A DNA stretch of 64,000 bases from Spirochaetia bacterium (GCA_963675665.1 OY776510.1:832001-896000), one strand, 5' to 3'; counted from the first letter of the stretch, positions 20,378 to 30,950 are shown. The notes: generated by a model from the letters alone, not told the origin. Numbers and translations are program-made.

Positions 20378-22228
20378 ATGATGGATAAAAGAACACTTAT
20401 AGCAGTAGTTCTTTCTACAATTGTAATAACAGCTGGATTCATGATCCAGGCGAAATTTTTTCCGCCGCCGGAGCAGCCGGTGGAAAGTGCAGCAGCAGTT
20501 GAACAGACAATCGCTGTTGAAGAAACAGTTAAAGCAGCTCCGAGACAGCAGGCTGCATCATCTGATGAACTTAAACTTGATTTGGATTCCGTAATAGAAG
20601 AGCAGATCATAGAAGCTGAAACAAACAGGTTTTATATTACCTTTTCCAATAAAGGCGGTGTTATTACTTCTTTAAAGCTTAAAGAACATATGGATAACAA
20701 TGAGCCGCTTGAAATGATTTTTCGTAATGAACAGCAGGATGCAGCTTTTGAAATTGCATTCGGCGGGTACGATGCTGTTCCTCTGAGCGATACTTTCGAA
20801 TATCACCAGATAGACCAATATACATTCCGGTTTTCAAAGCCTTTTCTTGCCCCTGCTGATACTGACGGTAAACGCTACCCTTTCACGCTTATAAAAACCT
20901 ATAAGTTTACCGCAGATGATTACATGATGGAGCTTCGGGTAGGAATTGAAAATTCTATCAACAGGATTCCTGCGCTGAATTTCGACGGTTATTCATACAG
21001 TTTAACGTTTGGTCCCCAGATAGGACCTGAATTTACCGAGCTTGACAACAGGTATTTTTACCGCAGATTTTATTCCTATAACGGCGGTAAAAAGGCAGAT
21101 ACCGTTAAAGTCAAAGACGGCTTTACTGAACTTGAAGACAGGGTAACCTGGACAGCATTAACCGGGAAGTACTTTTCGGCAATTGCCATCCCTGACGCTA
21201 CTGATTATGTCATCACCCTGACTGAAGAAAAAGAAGAAAGTTCGCTGCCGCAATCCAATAAAATTGTCTTTTCAAGGCCTCCGATAAAAAGTTCAAATAA
21301 CGAAGATGTTTTTAAATTCTATTTCGGTCCAAGATTGAATAGATATCTTCAGCCGTATAACAATGCCGATGAAAACGGTTTTGCAATGAAGGATCTGAAT
21401 CTTGATGAAGTAGTAGATTCCAGTTCTCTTCTGGGGTGGCTTGAGTGGCTGCTGCAAAAAGGGCTTGCTCTTATTTATCAATTTCTGCCGAACTACGGTA
21501 TTGCAATAATTCTTCTCACTATAGTCATCAAGATTGTGCTGTTTCCGCTTACCAGAAAGAGTACGCAGTCTACAGCAAGAATGTCGGCGCTGGCACCAAA
21601 GATGGAAGAATTAAAGGCACAGTACAAGGACCAGCCCGATAAGCTTAACAGGGCCATGTCCGAAATGTACAAGAAAGAAGGCGTCAGTCCAATGGGAGGC
21701 TGTCTGCCAATGCTAATTCAGTTTCCGTTTTTTATTGCCATGTACGGGCTTCTGAACAAGTATTTCGAGTTTCGCGGTGCAGTTTTTATTCCGGGATGGA
21801 TTACAGACCTTGCCGCGCCGGAATCAGTTTATCATTTCGCATTTACAGTTCCGCTTGTAAACTGGTCCGATATCAGGCTTCTGCCGATAATATTCGTAGG
21901 ATCGCAGATCCTGAGCACAAAGATTATGCAGAGCAACCAGACAAGCGCCGCCGGAAATCAGAGTTCAATGAAAATGATGATGTACGGCATGCCGATAATG
22001 TTCTTCTTTATTCTTTATAATGCGCCGTCGGGACTGCTTGTATACTGGATTTGCTCAAACGTTTTTTCCATGCTTCAGCAGATGTATACAAACAGGCATC
22101 TGAAACCAGCTGCTGCGGGCGACGGAAAAGCAGGCGCTGATTTTAAAATAGTCGGCAAGGATGAAACAGCAGAACAGAAACAGAAGGTTGTTCCGCCTCC
22201 GAAAAAAAAGAAAAAGAAGAAGAAATAG
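20378..22228 (+). CDS. yidC: Membrane protein insertase YidC
   Basis: Large periplasmic domain, NYGIAII, GGCLPMLIQFP, PSGLLVYW and a poly-Lys tail. Confidence 0.97.
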   Translation: MMDKRTLIAVVLSTIVITAGFMIQAKFFPPPEQPVESAAAVEQTIAVEETVKAAPRQQAASSDELKLDLDSVIEEQIIEAETNRFYITFSNKGGVITSLKLKEHMDNNEPLEMIFRNEQQDAAFEIAFGGYDAVPLSDTFEYHQIDQYTFRFSKPFLAPADTDGKRYPFTLIKTYKFTADDYMMELRVGIENSINRIPALNFDGYSYSLTFGPQIGPEFTELDNRYFYRRFYSYNGGKKADTVKVKDGFTELEDRVTWTALTGKYFSAIAIPDATDYVITLTEEKEESSLPQSNKIVFSRPPIKSSNNEDVFKFYFGPRLNRYLQPYNNADENGFAMKDLNLDEVVDSSSLLGWLEWLLQKGLALIYQFLPNYGIAIILLTIVIKIVLFPLTRKSTQSTARMSALAPKMEELKAQYKDQPDKLNRAMSEMYKKEGVSPMGGCLPMLIQFPFFIAMYGLLNKYFEFRGAVFIPGWITDLAAPESVYHFAFTVPLVNWSDIRLLPIIFVGSQILSTKIMQSNQTSAAGNQSSMKMMMYGMPIMFFFILYNAPSGLLVYWICSNVFSMLQQMYTNRHLKPAAAGDGKAGADFKIVGKDETAEQKQKVVPPPKKKKKKKK

Positions 22229-22314
22229 AAATATGATTTCTATTTCTTCTTTAGGAGATTTTGCTGCGCAAAACTCCACGAAGTTTAATTAGAGCAAGTC
22301 ATGTCTCTAAGGAG
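22223..22314 (+). repeat. Degenerate triple-hairpin element between the yidC stop and the jag SD
   Basis: Three hairpins (aaatagaaat-atg-atttctattt; ggagattttgc..gcaaaactcc; ttagag..ctctaa) ending in TAAGGAG. Confidence 0.45.
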
Positions 22315-22322
22315 TTTTATAT

Positions 22323-22970
22323 ATGTTCAGGGAATTTGAAGGAAAAACAGAAAAGGAGGCAATTGATAAAGCAGTAGAAGAATTAGGAATAGACAGGGAA
22401 GAGTTCGATGTCGAGATAGTAAACAAACCGAAATCCGGCATTTTCAGAAAAGGGAATGTTAAAATCAAGGTTTATATCGGCGAAGCTGATGAAGAACCGA
22501 AAACCGTTGATGATTTCGAACATAAAGTTATTGAATATCTCGAAACCCTTATTTCCAAAATGGGATTCCCCGGTAAAGGCCGAGTAGCCTTCAGGGAAGA
22601 AAGCAAGATTGGTATCGAAATTGAGTCGGAATATACCGGCATTCTGATCGGCAGAAAGGGAAAAAACCTGGATTCAATTCAGCTGTTGCTGAATGTTTAC
22701 GCAGGAAGACTGGGCAGCGACTGCAGAGTAATAATCGATGCGGAAAACTACAGGGAACGCAGGGAAGAAAACCTTGTAAGAATGGCCAGAAAGAGCGCCG
22801 AACAGGTTAGAAGAACAAGAGGCTCAAGACTTCTCGAACCGATGAATCCGTTTGAACGCAGACTTGTTCACACAACACTTAATGAACTGACGGATATAGA
22901 TACGATAAGCGAAGGAGACGGATTATACAAACAGATCCGTGTGCTCTACCGCGGAGACGTCAGAGAATAG
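22323..22970 (+). CDS. jag: Jag/KhpB (EloR) RNA-binding protein
   Basis: Jag_N domain, KH motif LIGRKG and R3H motif ERRLVH. Confidence 0.95.
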   Translation: MFREFEGKTEKEAIDKAVEELGIDREEFDVEIVNKPKSGIFRKGNVKIKVYIGEADEEPKTVDDFEHKVIEYLETLISKMGFPGKGRVAFREESKIGIEIESEYTGILIGRKGKNLDSIQLLLNVYAGRLGSDCRVIIDAENYRERREENLVRMARKSAEQVRRTRGSRLLEPMNPFERRLVHTTLNELTDIDTISEGDGLYKQIRVLYRGDVRE

Positions 22971-23036
22971 ATAAAAATTACTGCTTAATACCGGAAAGAC
23001 TATCCGGTTATCGATTGTCCGGCTGAAAAGTGCCGT

Positions 23037-23073
23037 AAAGGGGGTGTCCAAAATGGTTTTGGATATCCCCTTT
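23037..23073. terminator. Bidirectional terminator between convergent genes
   Basis: aaagggggtgtccaaaa-tgg-ttttggatatcccctt. Confidence 0.7.
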
Positions 23074-23074
23074 C

Positions 23075-24142
23075 TTATATTGCTTCGTGACTGTCGGCAT
23101 GGTGTTTTTCAAGAAGAAGCGAAATAACAATCAGTACTACCCATATTATGATGGTTATATCGATAAAAAATGTATTGCCGCTCATTGACCATAAAAATAC
23201 TGAAAGGCCTAGAAGAATGCTGACCGAATAAAGAGTTAACAGAATCTGCCTTGTTGAAAAATTCCTGTCCATAAGTTTGTGATGCAGATGTTCGCGGTCG
23301 GGATGAAACGGCGACTGCTTTCTTCTGAGTCTTCTGAGCATTGAGGTAAGAGTATCAATTACAGGAATAAACAGGATGCTTATTGAAATTATCAGCGTCA
23401 TATCGGAATGGTAATTTATTTCCAGAAAAGGAAGACTTGCAATGGCAAAACCAAGAAAAAGAGCACCGGAGTCGCCGATGAATATTTTTGCCGGCGGAAA
23501 ATTGAATACAAGAAAACCCACCAGAGAACCGAAAAGCGAAAATGAAATTAATGCTGTTACAGGATAACCCAGCGCAATAGATATTATAGATAAAAACAGC
23601 GCCGCTATTGCAGAAATTCCGCCGCTGAGACCGTCCATGCCGTCAATAAGGTTAACAGCATTACAGGCGCCGATTATCCATACTGCAGCGAGAACATAGC
23701 CCAGAATGCCTATATCAAGAGTTACATTAATAAAAGGAATATGAAGCAGCGACATGGATCTGTTCGGCAGAATAATCATCAGGGTAGCTATTATCTGTAC
23801 AATAAATTTGTATCTCGGCCTGATGTTCCTGAAATCATCAATTAACCCGATAATATGAACAAGCGCAAAAGCTGCAAGAAAAATTATCAACCGACGGCAG
23901 GGAAAATCAGTCATTAAACCGGTTTTACAGCCAAGTATAAGAAGTCCTGCAATCAGGCCTGCAAGCATTGAATAAAAAACAGCCAGACCGGCAAGTCTTG
24001 ATATGTTTCCGGTATGAATTTTACGCTCGTCTATTATATCAAACCACTTATTTTTTATACTCAGCCTTATAAGAACCGGAATTAATATCACGCAAACTAC
24101 AAATGAAAGAACCCCGGCAGAGATCAGCATTATTTCGAACAT
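23075..24142 (-). CDS. WecA/TagO-type undecaprenyl-phosphate sugar-1-phosphate transferase (GT4/MraY family)
   Basis: RKIH, GLIDD, NAVNLIDGMDGL, FNFPPAKIFIGDSG, DREHLHH. Confidence 0.92.
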   Translation of the reverse strand: MFEIMLISAGVLSFVVCVILIPVLIRLSIKNKWFDIIDERKIHTGNISRLAGLAVFYSMLAGLIAGLLILGCKTGLMTDFPCRRLIIFLAAFALVHIIGLIDDFRNIRPRYKFIVQIIATLMIILPNRSMSLLHIPFINVTLDIGILGYVLAAVWIIGACNAVNLIDGMDGLSGGISAIAALFLSIISIALGYPVTALISFSLFGSLVGFLVFNFPPAKIFIGDSGALFLGFAIASLPFLEINYHSDMTLIISISILFIPVIDTLTSMLRRLRRKQSPFHPDREHLHHKLMDRNFSTRQILLTLYSVSILLGLSVFLWSMSGNTFFIDITIIIWVVLIVISLLLEKHHADSHEAI

Positions 24143-24260
24143 GACTAATGATAAAACACCCTTAAGGCAGTGTCAATGAGGTTCAGCTAACGGTTTATTA
24201 CTTGTTAATAATCAATTATATTATTATATTAATCTAACGAGTAAAAAACGGAGAGAAATT

Positions 24261-25691
24261 TTGGAATACAAGATAAAAGATATCAGCCTGGCGGAATGGG
24301 GCAGAAAGGAAATCGAAATAGCCGAGCATGAAATGCCCGGACTCATGTCCATCAGGGAAAAATTTGCGGCTGAAAAACCGCTGAAAGACGTAAGGATTAC
24401 CGGCTCGCTTCACATGACGATTCAGACGGCGGTTCTGATCGAAACCCTTACAGAGTTGGGCGCGGATGTTCGCTGGGCCAGCTGTAATATCTTTTCAACC
24501 CAGGACCACGCAGCCGCGGCTATTGTCGTCGGAAGACCCGAAAGCGGCGGAACGGAGAAAAATCCCAAAGGAGTACCTGTCTTTGCCTGGAAAGGGGAAA
24601 CCCTTGAGGAGTACTGGGACTGCACCCTTGATGCGTTGAGTTTTCCCGGCGGAAAAGGCCCCAACCAGATAGTTGACGACGGAGGTGATGCCACTCTGCT
24701 TGTACACAAAGGTTATGAACTTGAAAACGGTTCCGACTGGGTAAAACAGCCCGGTAAAAAACATGAAGAACAGGTTATTAAAAACCTTCTCAAGTCTATT
24801 AATGAAAAAAACAATAATTTTTTCAGTTCAATGGTAAAAGATATCAGGGGCTGTTCTGAAGAAACAACCACGGGTGTACACAGGCTGTACCATATGATGG
24901 ACGAAGGCAGCCTGCTTTTTCCGGCAATCAATGTTAACGATTCGGTAACAAAGAGCAAATTCGACAACCTCTACGGCTGTCGTGAATCACTGGCCGACGG
25001 CATCAAGCGTGCAACCGATGTAATGATAGCCGGAAAGGTGGTTGTAGTCTGCGGATACGGAGATGTAGGAAAAGGTTGCGCCCAGTCAATGCGTGGAATA
25101 GGGGCCAGGGTAGTAATAACCGAAATAGATCCCATATGCGCGCTGCAGGCGGCAATGGAAGGCTTTGAAGTAAAAACGGTAGAAGACACTCTGGGGACCG
25201 GAGATATCTATGTGACAACAACCGGAAACAGGGACGTAATAACAGCTGAACACATGGCCGGAATGAAAAACCAGGCAATAGTATGCAACATCGGCCATTT
25301 CGACAATGAGATCCAGGTAGACGAATTAAACGAATGGCCCGGCGTCAAAAAGATGAACGTTAAACCCCAGGTCGACAAATACATCTATGACGACGGCCAC
25401 GAGATTTTTCTCCTTGCCGAGGGGCGGCTGGTAAATCTGGGCTGTGCCACGGGGCACCCGTCGTTTGTAATGTCCAACTCGTTTTCAAACCAGACGCTTG
25501 CGCAGATTGATCTCAACAGTAATAATTACAAAATCGGGGTATACAGACTGTCGAAGAAGCTTGATGAAGAAGTTGCCCGGGCTCATCTTGACAAGATAGG
25601 TGTAAAACTTACGACTCTCTCAAAAGAGCAGGCTGATTATATCGGAGTTTCGGTGGAAGGTCCGTATAAGCCGGAACATTATCGTTATTGA
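24261..25691 (+). CDS. ahcY: S-adenosylhomocysteine hydrolase
   Basis: [51 protein letters not shown] start. Confidence 0.98.
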   Translation: MEYKIKDISLAEWGRKEIEIAEHEMPGLMSIREKFAAEKPLKDVRITGSLHMTIQTAVLIETLTELGADVRWASCNIFSTQDHAAAAIVVGRPESGGTEKNPKGVPVFAWKGETLEEYWDCTLDALSFPGGKGPNQIVDDGGDATLLVHKGYELENGSDWVKQPGKKHEEQVIKNLLKSINEKNNNFFSSMVKDIRGCSEETTTGVHRLYHMMDEGSLLFPAINVNDSVTKSKFDNLYGCRESLADGIKRATDVMIAGKVVVVCGYGDVGKGCAQSMRGIGARVVITEIDPICALQAAMEGFEVKTVEDTLGTGDIYVTTTGNRDVITAEHMAGMKNQAIVCNIGHFDNEIQVDELNEWPGVKKMNVKPQVDKYIYDDGHEIFLLAEGRLVNLGCATGHPSFVMSNSFSNQTLAQIDLNSNNYKIGVYRLSKKLDEEVARAHLDKIGVKLTTLSKEQADYIGVSVEGPYKPEHYRY

Positions 25692-25804
25692 GATTATAAA
25701 ATGAAGTACAACCTTCCCCGGTCCTTTGCTTGCTTGAACCGGGGAATGAGGGTTTACTAATATATTTTTTTGTCGGGCCGCCTTGGCCCGTGCAATCTAA
25801 GGAG

Positions 25805-25902
25805 TAATAAAAAATAACCTCCATGTTATTTTTTATTTTGAAGTTTGAAAATTCTTTCAAACTTCATCTCCGTAACCGCTTCCATGCGGAGAATTTAAGG
25901 AG
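25805..25902 (+). mobile_element. Triple-hairpin element (98 bp) at the metK Shine-Dalgarno site
   Basis: TAAGGAG is repeated at 25798-25804 and 25896-25902. Hairpin order and the tctccgtaacc linker match the 4.2-4.5 kb units. Confidence 0.78.
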
Positions 25903-25910
25903 AAGAAAAT

Positions 25911-27074
25911 ATGGAAAACAGAAACTACCTCTTTACGTCAGAGTCTGTCAGCGAAGGCCATCCCGACAAACTTTGCGACCAGGTCTCGGATGCGATACTT
26001 GACGCATGCCTGACAGATGACCCGCAGTCCAGGGTAGCCTGTGAAACGTTCACTACTACCGGAATGGTTCTGGTGGGCGGTGAAATCACAACAAACACCT
26101 ACGTTGATGTTCAGGAAGTCGCCAGGGGCGTCGCCCGGAAGATCGGTTATGTTAAACCCGAATACGGCCTTGATTATGAGTCGATGGCAGTATTGAATAC
26201 AATCCACAGCCAGTCGCCGGATATCTCACAGGGCGTCACCGACGGGGAAGGACTGTTCAAGGAACAGGGCGCCGGCGACCAGGGCATGATGTTCGGTTTT
26301 GCATGCCGTGAAACCCCGCAGCTGATGCCTGCGCCCGTGATGTTTTCGCACCAGATTCTTCTGAAAGCAACCGAGCTTCGGAAGGGCGGAAAACTCCCAT
26401 GGCTGAGGCCCGATTCAAAAAGCCAGGTAACGATAGAATATGACGGATTTGTACCGAAGCGGATCGATACGGTTGTTGTAAGTCATCAGCATGATGAAGA
26501 TATTTCTTATGAAGAGCTTAAGAACGATATAATCGGAAAGATAATCAAACCGGTGCTCGAACCGACCGGGCTTCTTGCGGACGATACGAAGTTCTTCATT
26601 AACCCGACAGGCCGGTTCGTAATAGGCGGCCCCCACGGAGACTCGGGACTTACAGGCCGCAAGATTATAGTAGATACCTACGGCGGAATGGGCCGGCACG
26701 GCGGCGGCGCGTTCAGCGGAAAAGACCCGTCGAAGGTAGACAGGTCCGCAGCCTACATGGCAAGGTATGTAGCCAAAAATATCGTTGCGGCGGAGCTCTG
26801 CGAACGCTGCGAGGTTGAGCTGGCATACGCGATAGGCGTACCCTACCCCGTTTCGGTTATGGTCGACACCTTCGGTACCGGGCGGGTCCCGGAATCAAAA
26901 ATAGAGGCCGCTGTTGAAAAGGTTTTCGATTTAAGCCCGGCGGGAATCATAAAAACCCTTGATCTGAAAAAGCCGATCTACCAGGAAACTGCCGCCTACG
27001 GCCACTTCGGCCGCGATATTTTTTCGTGGGAAAAAACCGACAAAGCTGCAGCTCTTCAGAATGAAATAGGCTGA
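25911..27074 (+). CDS. metK: S-adenosylmethionine synthetase
   Basis: [26 protein letters not shown]. Confidence 0.99.
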   Translation: MENRNYLFTSESVSEGHPDKLCDQVSDAILDACLTDDPQSRVACETFTTTGMVLVGGEITTNTYVDVQEVARGVARKIGYVKPEYGLDYESMAVLNTIHSQSPDISQGVTDGEGLFKEQGAGDQGMMFGFACRETPQLMPAPVMFSHQILLKATELRKGGKLPWLRPDSKSQVTIEYDGFVPKRIDTVVVSHQHDEDISYEELKNDIIGKIIKPVLEPTGLLADDTKFFINPTGRFVIGGPHGDSGLTGRKIIVDTYGGMGRHGGGAFSGKDPSKVDRSAAYMARYVAKNIVAAELCERCEVELAYAIGVPYPVSVMVDTFGTGRVPESKIEAAVEKVFDLSPAGIIKTLDLKKPIYQETAAYGHFGRDIFSWEKTDKAAALQNEIG

Positions 27075-27086
27075 AGTTATTGGAAC

Positions 27087-27121
27087 CCGCAGCAGTATAA
27101 ATACCTGCTGCGGTTATTTTT
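27087..27121 (+). terminator. Intrinsic terminator after metK
   Basis: ccgcagcag..ctgctgcgg stem plus a T-rich tail. Confidence 0.7.
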
Positions 27122-27341
27122 ATTGCTTTTATGTAACCTTTTTTTTGGTAAATTGCTTGTTTTTATGTTTGAACGGGAGTAAACTGTTGTTAATGGAAAA
27201 GGCCTGTACAGCCGATACATTTAAAAGCATGATTTCAATGTCGGCGTCTTTGCCGTTTTTTTGGAAAAAACATCTCTTTTTTAACAATAATTTAAAAATA
27301 AGGAGTCGCTTTTCATAAATAGGTTAATAACCGATATTTTC

Positions 27342-27370
27342 TTGACAGCTAAAAATGGGGTTGTTATAAT
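27342..27370 (+). promoter_or_regulatory. Consensus sigma70 promoter with extended -10
   Basis: TTGACA-N17-TATAAT with TG at the extended -10 position. Confidence 0.88.
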
Positions 27371-27446
27371 TACCCCAAAAAATATTAAAACGGGATATTA
27401 ACAGACCGTTGGTCTGATCCCAAAAACACGGAGGAAGTGAATTAAT

Positions 27447-29270
27447 ATGAAAAAAATAGCACTTGTCCTTGCTGTACTTCTTTGCGCGTTGCCGATGATG
27501 GCATTCGCAGAAATCGCAGTATCCGGTTCTGTTAGTTTCTCAATCGGTAACTCAGACGAAACAGATCCTACGCTGCCGGCATTTTCAGGTAGCAGTTCCG
27601 TAACAGGTTCTGTTACAATCGCTACTGACGACGAAAAGGTTGTTGCTTCCGCAACATTCGACCTTCTCCCGACAGTAACCACCACTTATACAGGGTATTC
27701 AAACGATTACTACTATAACTGGGATGCAGGCCTTACCAACTTTGGTCTTGATTATGTGAATTATCTTTCACTCTCAACAGCAGTAGATTTTTATAACGAT
27801 CATGCTGATGATGAAACAGCTGTTGCTGAAGTTACAATCTGGACAGCAACAACCGAAGCTGATCTTCAGGCTGAATTAAAAGACGGCACAGCTCTTGACC
27901 TTCTTGCTTCAGACGATGACGCAGGCGATATAACAATCAAAGATGCTGTAGATGCTGACGCTGAAACAGATGAATTTGTATGGTCAGTTGCAAATTCCGC
28001 TTCAGTTAATACAATCAATGGTGCTTTCCAAGGTGAGTTATTTCTTCAGGTAACTGATGCAATTGAGAAAATTCTTGACGAAGCTTCTACCGATACCAAA
28101 GCTGACTTGACGGCCGGCGGTATTGTTCTTACTAACTTTGATGTTCAGAGTACTGTAACTAATAATATGTTTGATTATCTTAGCGGTTTAGTCACTTATG
28201 ATATAATCAAAGACTGGACTGCAGATGATAAAGCCGTTGTTCTGGCTGCTCTTGATTTAGAAATGGCATACAACAACATGGGTGTTCCTGATGAGACTCC
28301 TACAGTTGAATCAGCACTTTCATTTGTTGAAAGCGCATCTCTTGCATTCAACAATGTTGGCGGGATTGTAGATATCGTTTGTAATTTGAAAGGTACACAC
28401 GTTACTGCAGGCGCTATCTCTGTTGACGAAGCCGGACATCAGGATGACGCTGTAAGCGGATATCCTTCACTGATGATAGGCCTTTCTTCAGGTGTTGTTG
28501 AAGGTCTTAACGCGGGCGTTACCCTCTACATCGACGACAACGGCATGCAGGATGCAGTTTCAGACACATGGTACACATGGCTTGATGAAACCGACGATAT
28601 GGAAGAGCCAGTTTACGGTCTCGGCGTCAGCGGCGGTTACACAACTACAGTAGGCGATATGACAGTAGGCGCATCAGCAACCCTCGGTCTCTATGACCTG
28701 ATGGGCGGTGATGATCTTGCTTATGCTTTCTCAGTAGCTCCTTCATTCAGCGGAATGGGCGCAAATGTAGCTGTAGAATTCGATTACGGCCTTGACATGA
28801 TGTACCTGATGGCTGCTGTAGACTACACAATAATGGGTCTTACTCCTTCCGTAGCTTTCCACTACCTCGCGGCGGACGGCGACTATAACCTCGCATACAA
28901 TGATGATCCTGCAAGCGTAATGGCTGATTTCAAAGCTGCCGACGGTATGCTTCTTGAAGCCGGTCTTGCAGCCGACCTTTCCGAACTTATCGGAATGGGC
29001 GTATCTGTAAGCGGCGGGATGGACTACGGTCTGACCAGCTCTGAACTTGCATGGAATGCAGGCCTGTCTGTTGCAGGTCTTGTTGAAGGCCTTACAGTCG
29101 GATTCGACTGTGACGCTGACAGCGTTGAAGGCTCAACCTTCGACTATGCAGTAAGCGCGTCTTACGCATACAGCATTGCAACACTGTCCTTCTCACTCGG
29201 AAGCGACTACAACAGCGGTGACGATGCTAACTACACTTCATGGAGCGTAGGAACATCAGTATCCTTCTAA
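27447..29270 (+). CDS. Putative major outer-membrane beta-barrel/surface protein
   Basis: Signal peptide (AFA-E), alternating amphipathic strands, C-terminal WSVGTSVSF beta-signal, GGAGG SD. Confidence 0.7.
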   Translation: MKKIALVLAVLLCALPMMAFAEIAVSGSVSFSIGNSDETDPTLPAFSGSSSVTGSVTIATDDEKVVASATFDLLPTVTTTYTGYSNDYYYNWDAGLTNFGLDYVNYLSLSTAVDFYNDHADDETAVAEVTIWTATTEADLQAELKDGTALDLLASDDDAGDITIKDAVDADAETDEFVWSVANSASVNTINGAFQGELFLQVTDAIEKILDEASTDTKADLTAGGIVLTNFDVQSTVTNNMFDYLSGLVTYDIIKDWTADDKAVVLAALDLEMAYNNMGVPDETPTVESALSFVESASLAFNNVGGIVDIVCNLKGTHVTAGAISVDEAGHQDDAVSGYPSLMIGLSSGVVEGLNAGVTLYIDDNGMQDAVSDTWYTWLDETDDMEEPVYGLGVSGGYTTTVGDMTVGASATLGLYDLMGGDDLAYAFSVAPSFSGMGANVAVEFDYGLDMMYLMAAVDYTIMGLTPSVAFHYLAADGDYNLAYNDDPASVMADFKAADGMLLEAGLAADLSELIGMGVSVSGGMDYGLTSSELAWNAGLSVAGLVEGLTVGFDCDADSVEGSTFDYAVSASYAYSIATLSFSLGSDYNSGDDANYTSWSVGTSVSF

Positions 29271-29290
29271 TTTAATTAGAAACTGTTACG

Positions 29291-29318
29291 GCCCCGGGTT
29301 TACCCGGGGCTTTTTTTT
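29291..29318 (+). terminator. Intrinsic terminator
   Basis: gccccggg-ttta-cccggggc followed by T8. Confidence 0.9.
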
Positions 29319-29333
29319 GGATATGATACCGTT

Positions 29334-30002
29334 ATGAAAAGACTTACAATTGCATTAATCCTTCTGCTGACGTCCGCTTTTTTTGCCGCTGCGCAGAGCG
29401 TAACCGTGGACTTCAAGATAGTCGGGCATGAGGTGAACTTCATGAAGCTTCAGGGTACGGTCCAGGCTGAGGTCGACAGGGGGTACACGCCGATAGGATT
29501 GTCCGGCTACGACGACAAGCTTTACGTTCTGTATCTGAGCGACAACGTAATCCGCTCGAAGGCCTGGCAGGTGGCGCGCTACCAAACTATCCAGGAACTG
29601 GACAAAAGAATAGCCGAAAAAATCTCCGACGGCTGGTTTCCCGCGGGCTATTCGTCGCTGAAGGGAGATCTGTACGCGCTGTTTCTTGAAAGCGACTATA
29701 AGGCTACATATTACAAGGCAAAGGAATCGAAAATCGACGACGAATCGCTTAAGGATGAGTTCGGTCCTTTTCTGAGAACGGGAACCATTCCGATGGATTT
29801 TGATATTATCGGCGATGTTCAGCTTTACCTGTCCGCCCAGATGGCCAATATGCCGGCAAGCGACTGGAAACAGGTTGCATTCGACTTTGAAAGCGAAACG
29901 CTGAACCAGCAGATAACTGAGGAAATGAAAGGTCGTTACCTGCCATGGGGAATGGACATTACCGAGGGGATTCTGAGAATAAGCTTTTTAAAATTCAAAT
30001 AA
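29334..30002 (+). CDS. Exported protein with four ~50-aa internal repeats
   Basis: Signal peptide and a recurring G-[YWT]-x-P-x-[GD] motif. Confidence 0.6.
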   Translation: MKRLTIALILLLTSAFFAAAQSVTVDFKIVGHEVNFMKLQGTVQAEVDRGYTPIGLSGYDDKLYVLYLSDNVIRSKAWQVARYQTIQELDKRIAEKISDGWFPAGYSSLKGDLYALFLESDYKATYYKAKESKIDDESLKDEFGPFLRTGTIPMDFDIIGDVQLYLSAQMANMPASDWKQVAFDFESETLNQQITEEMKGRYLPWGMDITEGILRISFLKFK

Positions 30003-30046
30003 ACTTTTATCTGATTGCGCCGGGAAAAGAAAATTCCCGAAACACA

Positions 30047-30083
30047 AAAAAGGCCGCGATTCTGTTATGGAATACGGCCTTTT
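30047..30083. terminator. Bidirectional terminator
   Basis: aaaaggccg..cggcctttt between convergent genes. Confidence 0.65.
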
Positions 30084-30104
30084 AATATTTATCTTTGTAA
30101 AGTT

Positions 30105-30950
30105 CTACAGCCCGCGTTCCTTTTTGATCTGGTCCCAGGCGTTCTGTATTTCGAGGAATTTCTGTTTTGCAACCTTCTGAAATTCTTCGGGCAGGCCTTT
30201 TGCCGAAACCTTGTCCGGGTGGTACTCGTTTACCAGTTTGCGGTAAGCGCGCTTGAGCTTGTCGTCGCTGTCGGACGGGCTGCAGCCGAGCACGGAATAG
30301 GCGGCGCCCGAAGAAAAGCCCCCAGAAGCCCCGTAACGGCTCTGTGAGCCGTCGTAACGGCCGCCGGCATATTTGGACTTGATTCGTGAATAAACGCTGT
30401 CGTCAAGGTGGAAAATATGAAGCCCGTCGACAATAAGGGTTTCTTCCTCGGCGCTGATGCCGTTGTCTTCTGTCGCTACCCTTACCATTATATCGATCAT
30501 CAGTTCAAGCAACTGCGGCTGAAACCGGAACTCACGGTAGAACTGGTTGGCAAACTGGTAAAATGTTTCAGATGAATTGACTGCAGTGTCGAAGATTCTG
30601 AAAGCGCTCTGTTTGGTAACGGCATCCAGGTTAAGATCGCGATCCATGAATTCTTCAATCTTACGGCGTTCCTTTTCCGAGACGTTGCCGTCTACGGCGC
30701 AGAGTTTCGCCAGCATTGAAAATGCCCCGACAAAGAATGTCATCTGGTTATGCTGGCTGCGGTTCATTCTGCCGCCGTACCAGTTCGAGAAACGGTCTCC
30801 TCCCTGAAAATTATCGTCCTTTTCGCCGAAACCTATTCGGGCGGCGCCGCCGGAAATGAAACCACCGAAAGCGGCGCCTGCTATGGCGCCGAGAGGTCCG
30901 CCTAAAAATAAACCTATGGTTCCGCCTATTATTGCGCCTAAACAGCTCAT
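30105..30950 (-). CDS. djlA: DjlA-like co-chaperone (TerB domain + J domain)
   Basis: N-terminal GGPLGAIAG membrane segment, TerB-like middle, C-terminal J domain with HPD. Confidence 0.88.
   Translation of the reverse strand: MSCLGAIIGGTIGLFLGGPLGAIAGAAFGGFISGGAARIGFGEKDDNFQGGDRFSNWYGGRMNRSQHNQMTFFVGAFSMLAKLCAVDGNVSEKERRKIEEFMDRDLNLDAVTKQSAFRIFDTAVNSSETFYQFANQFYREFRFQPQLLELMIDIMVRVATEDNGISAEEETLIVDGLHIFHLDDSVYSRIKSKYAGGRYDGSQSRYGASGGFSSGAAYSVLGCSPSDSDDKLKRAYRKLVNEYHPDKVSAKGLPEEFQKVAKQKFLEIQNAWDQIKKERGL

Noticed and set aside
24143-24260. SAH or SAM riboswitch upstream of ahcY, or between ahcY and metK
   Set aside because: The ahcY leader is short and AT-rich with no recognisable aptamer core. 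The structure before metK is explained by the mini-element and simple hairpins.
27190-27340. Sigma28-like GCCGATA/CCGATAT motifs and a weak hairpin upstream of the OMP gene
   Set aside because: No correctly spaced TAAA -35, and a perfect sigma70 promoter already explains expression.
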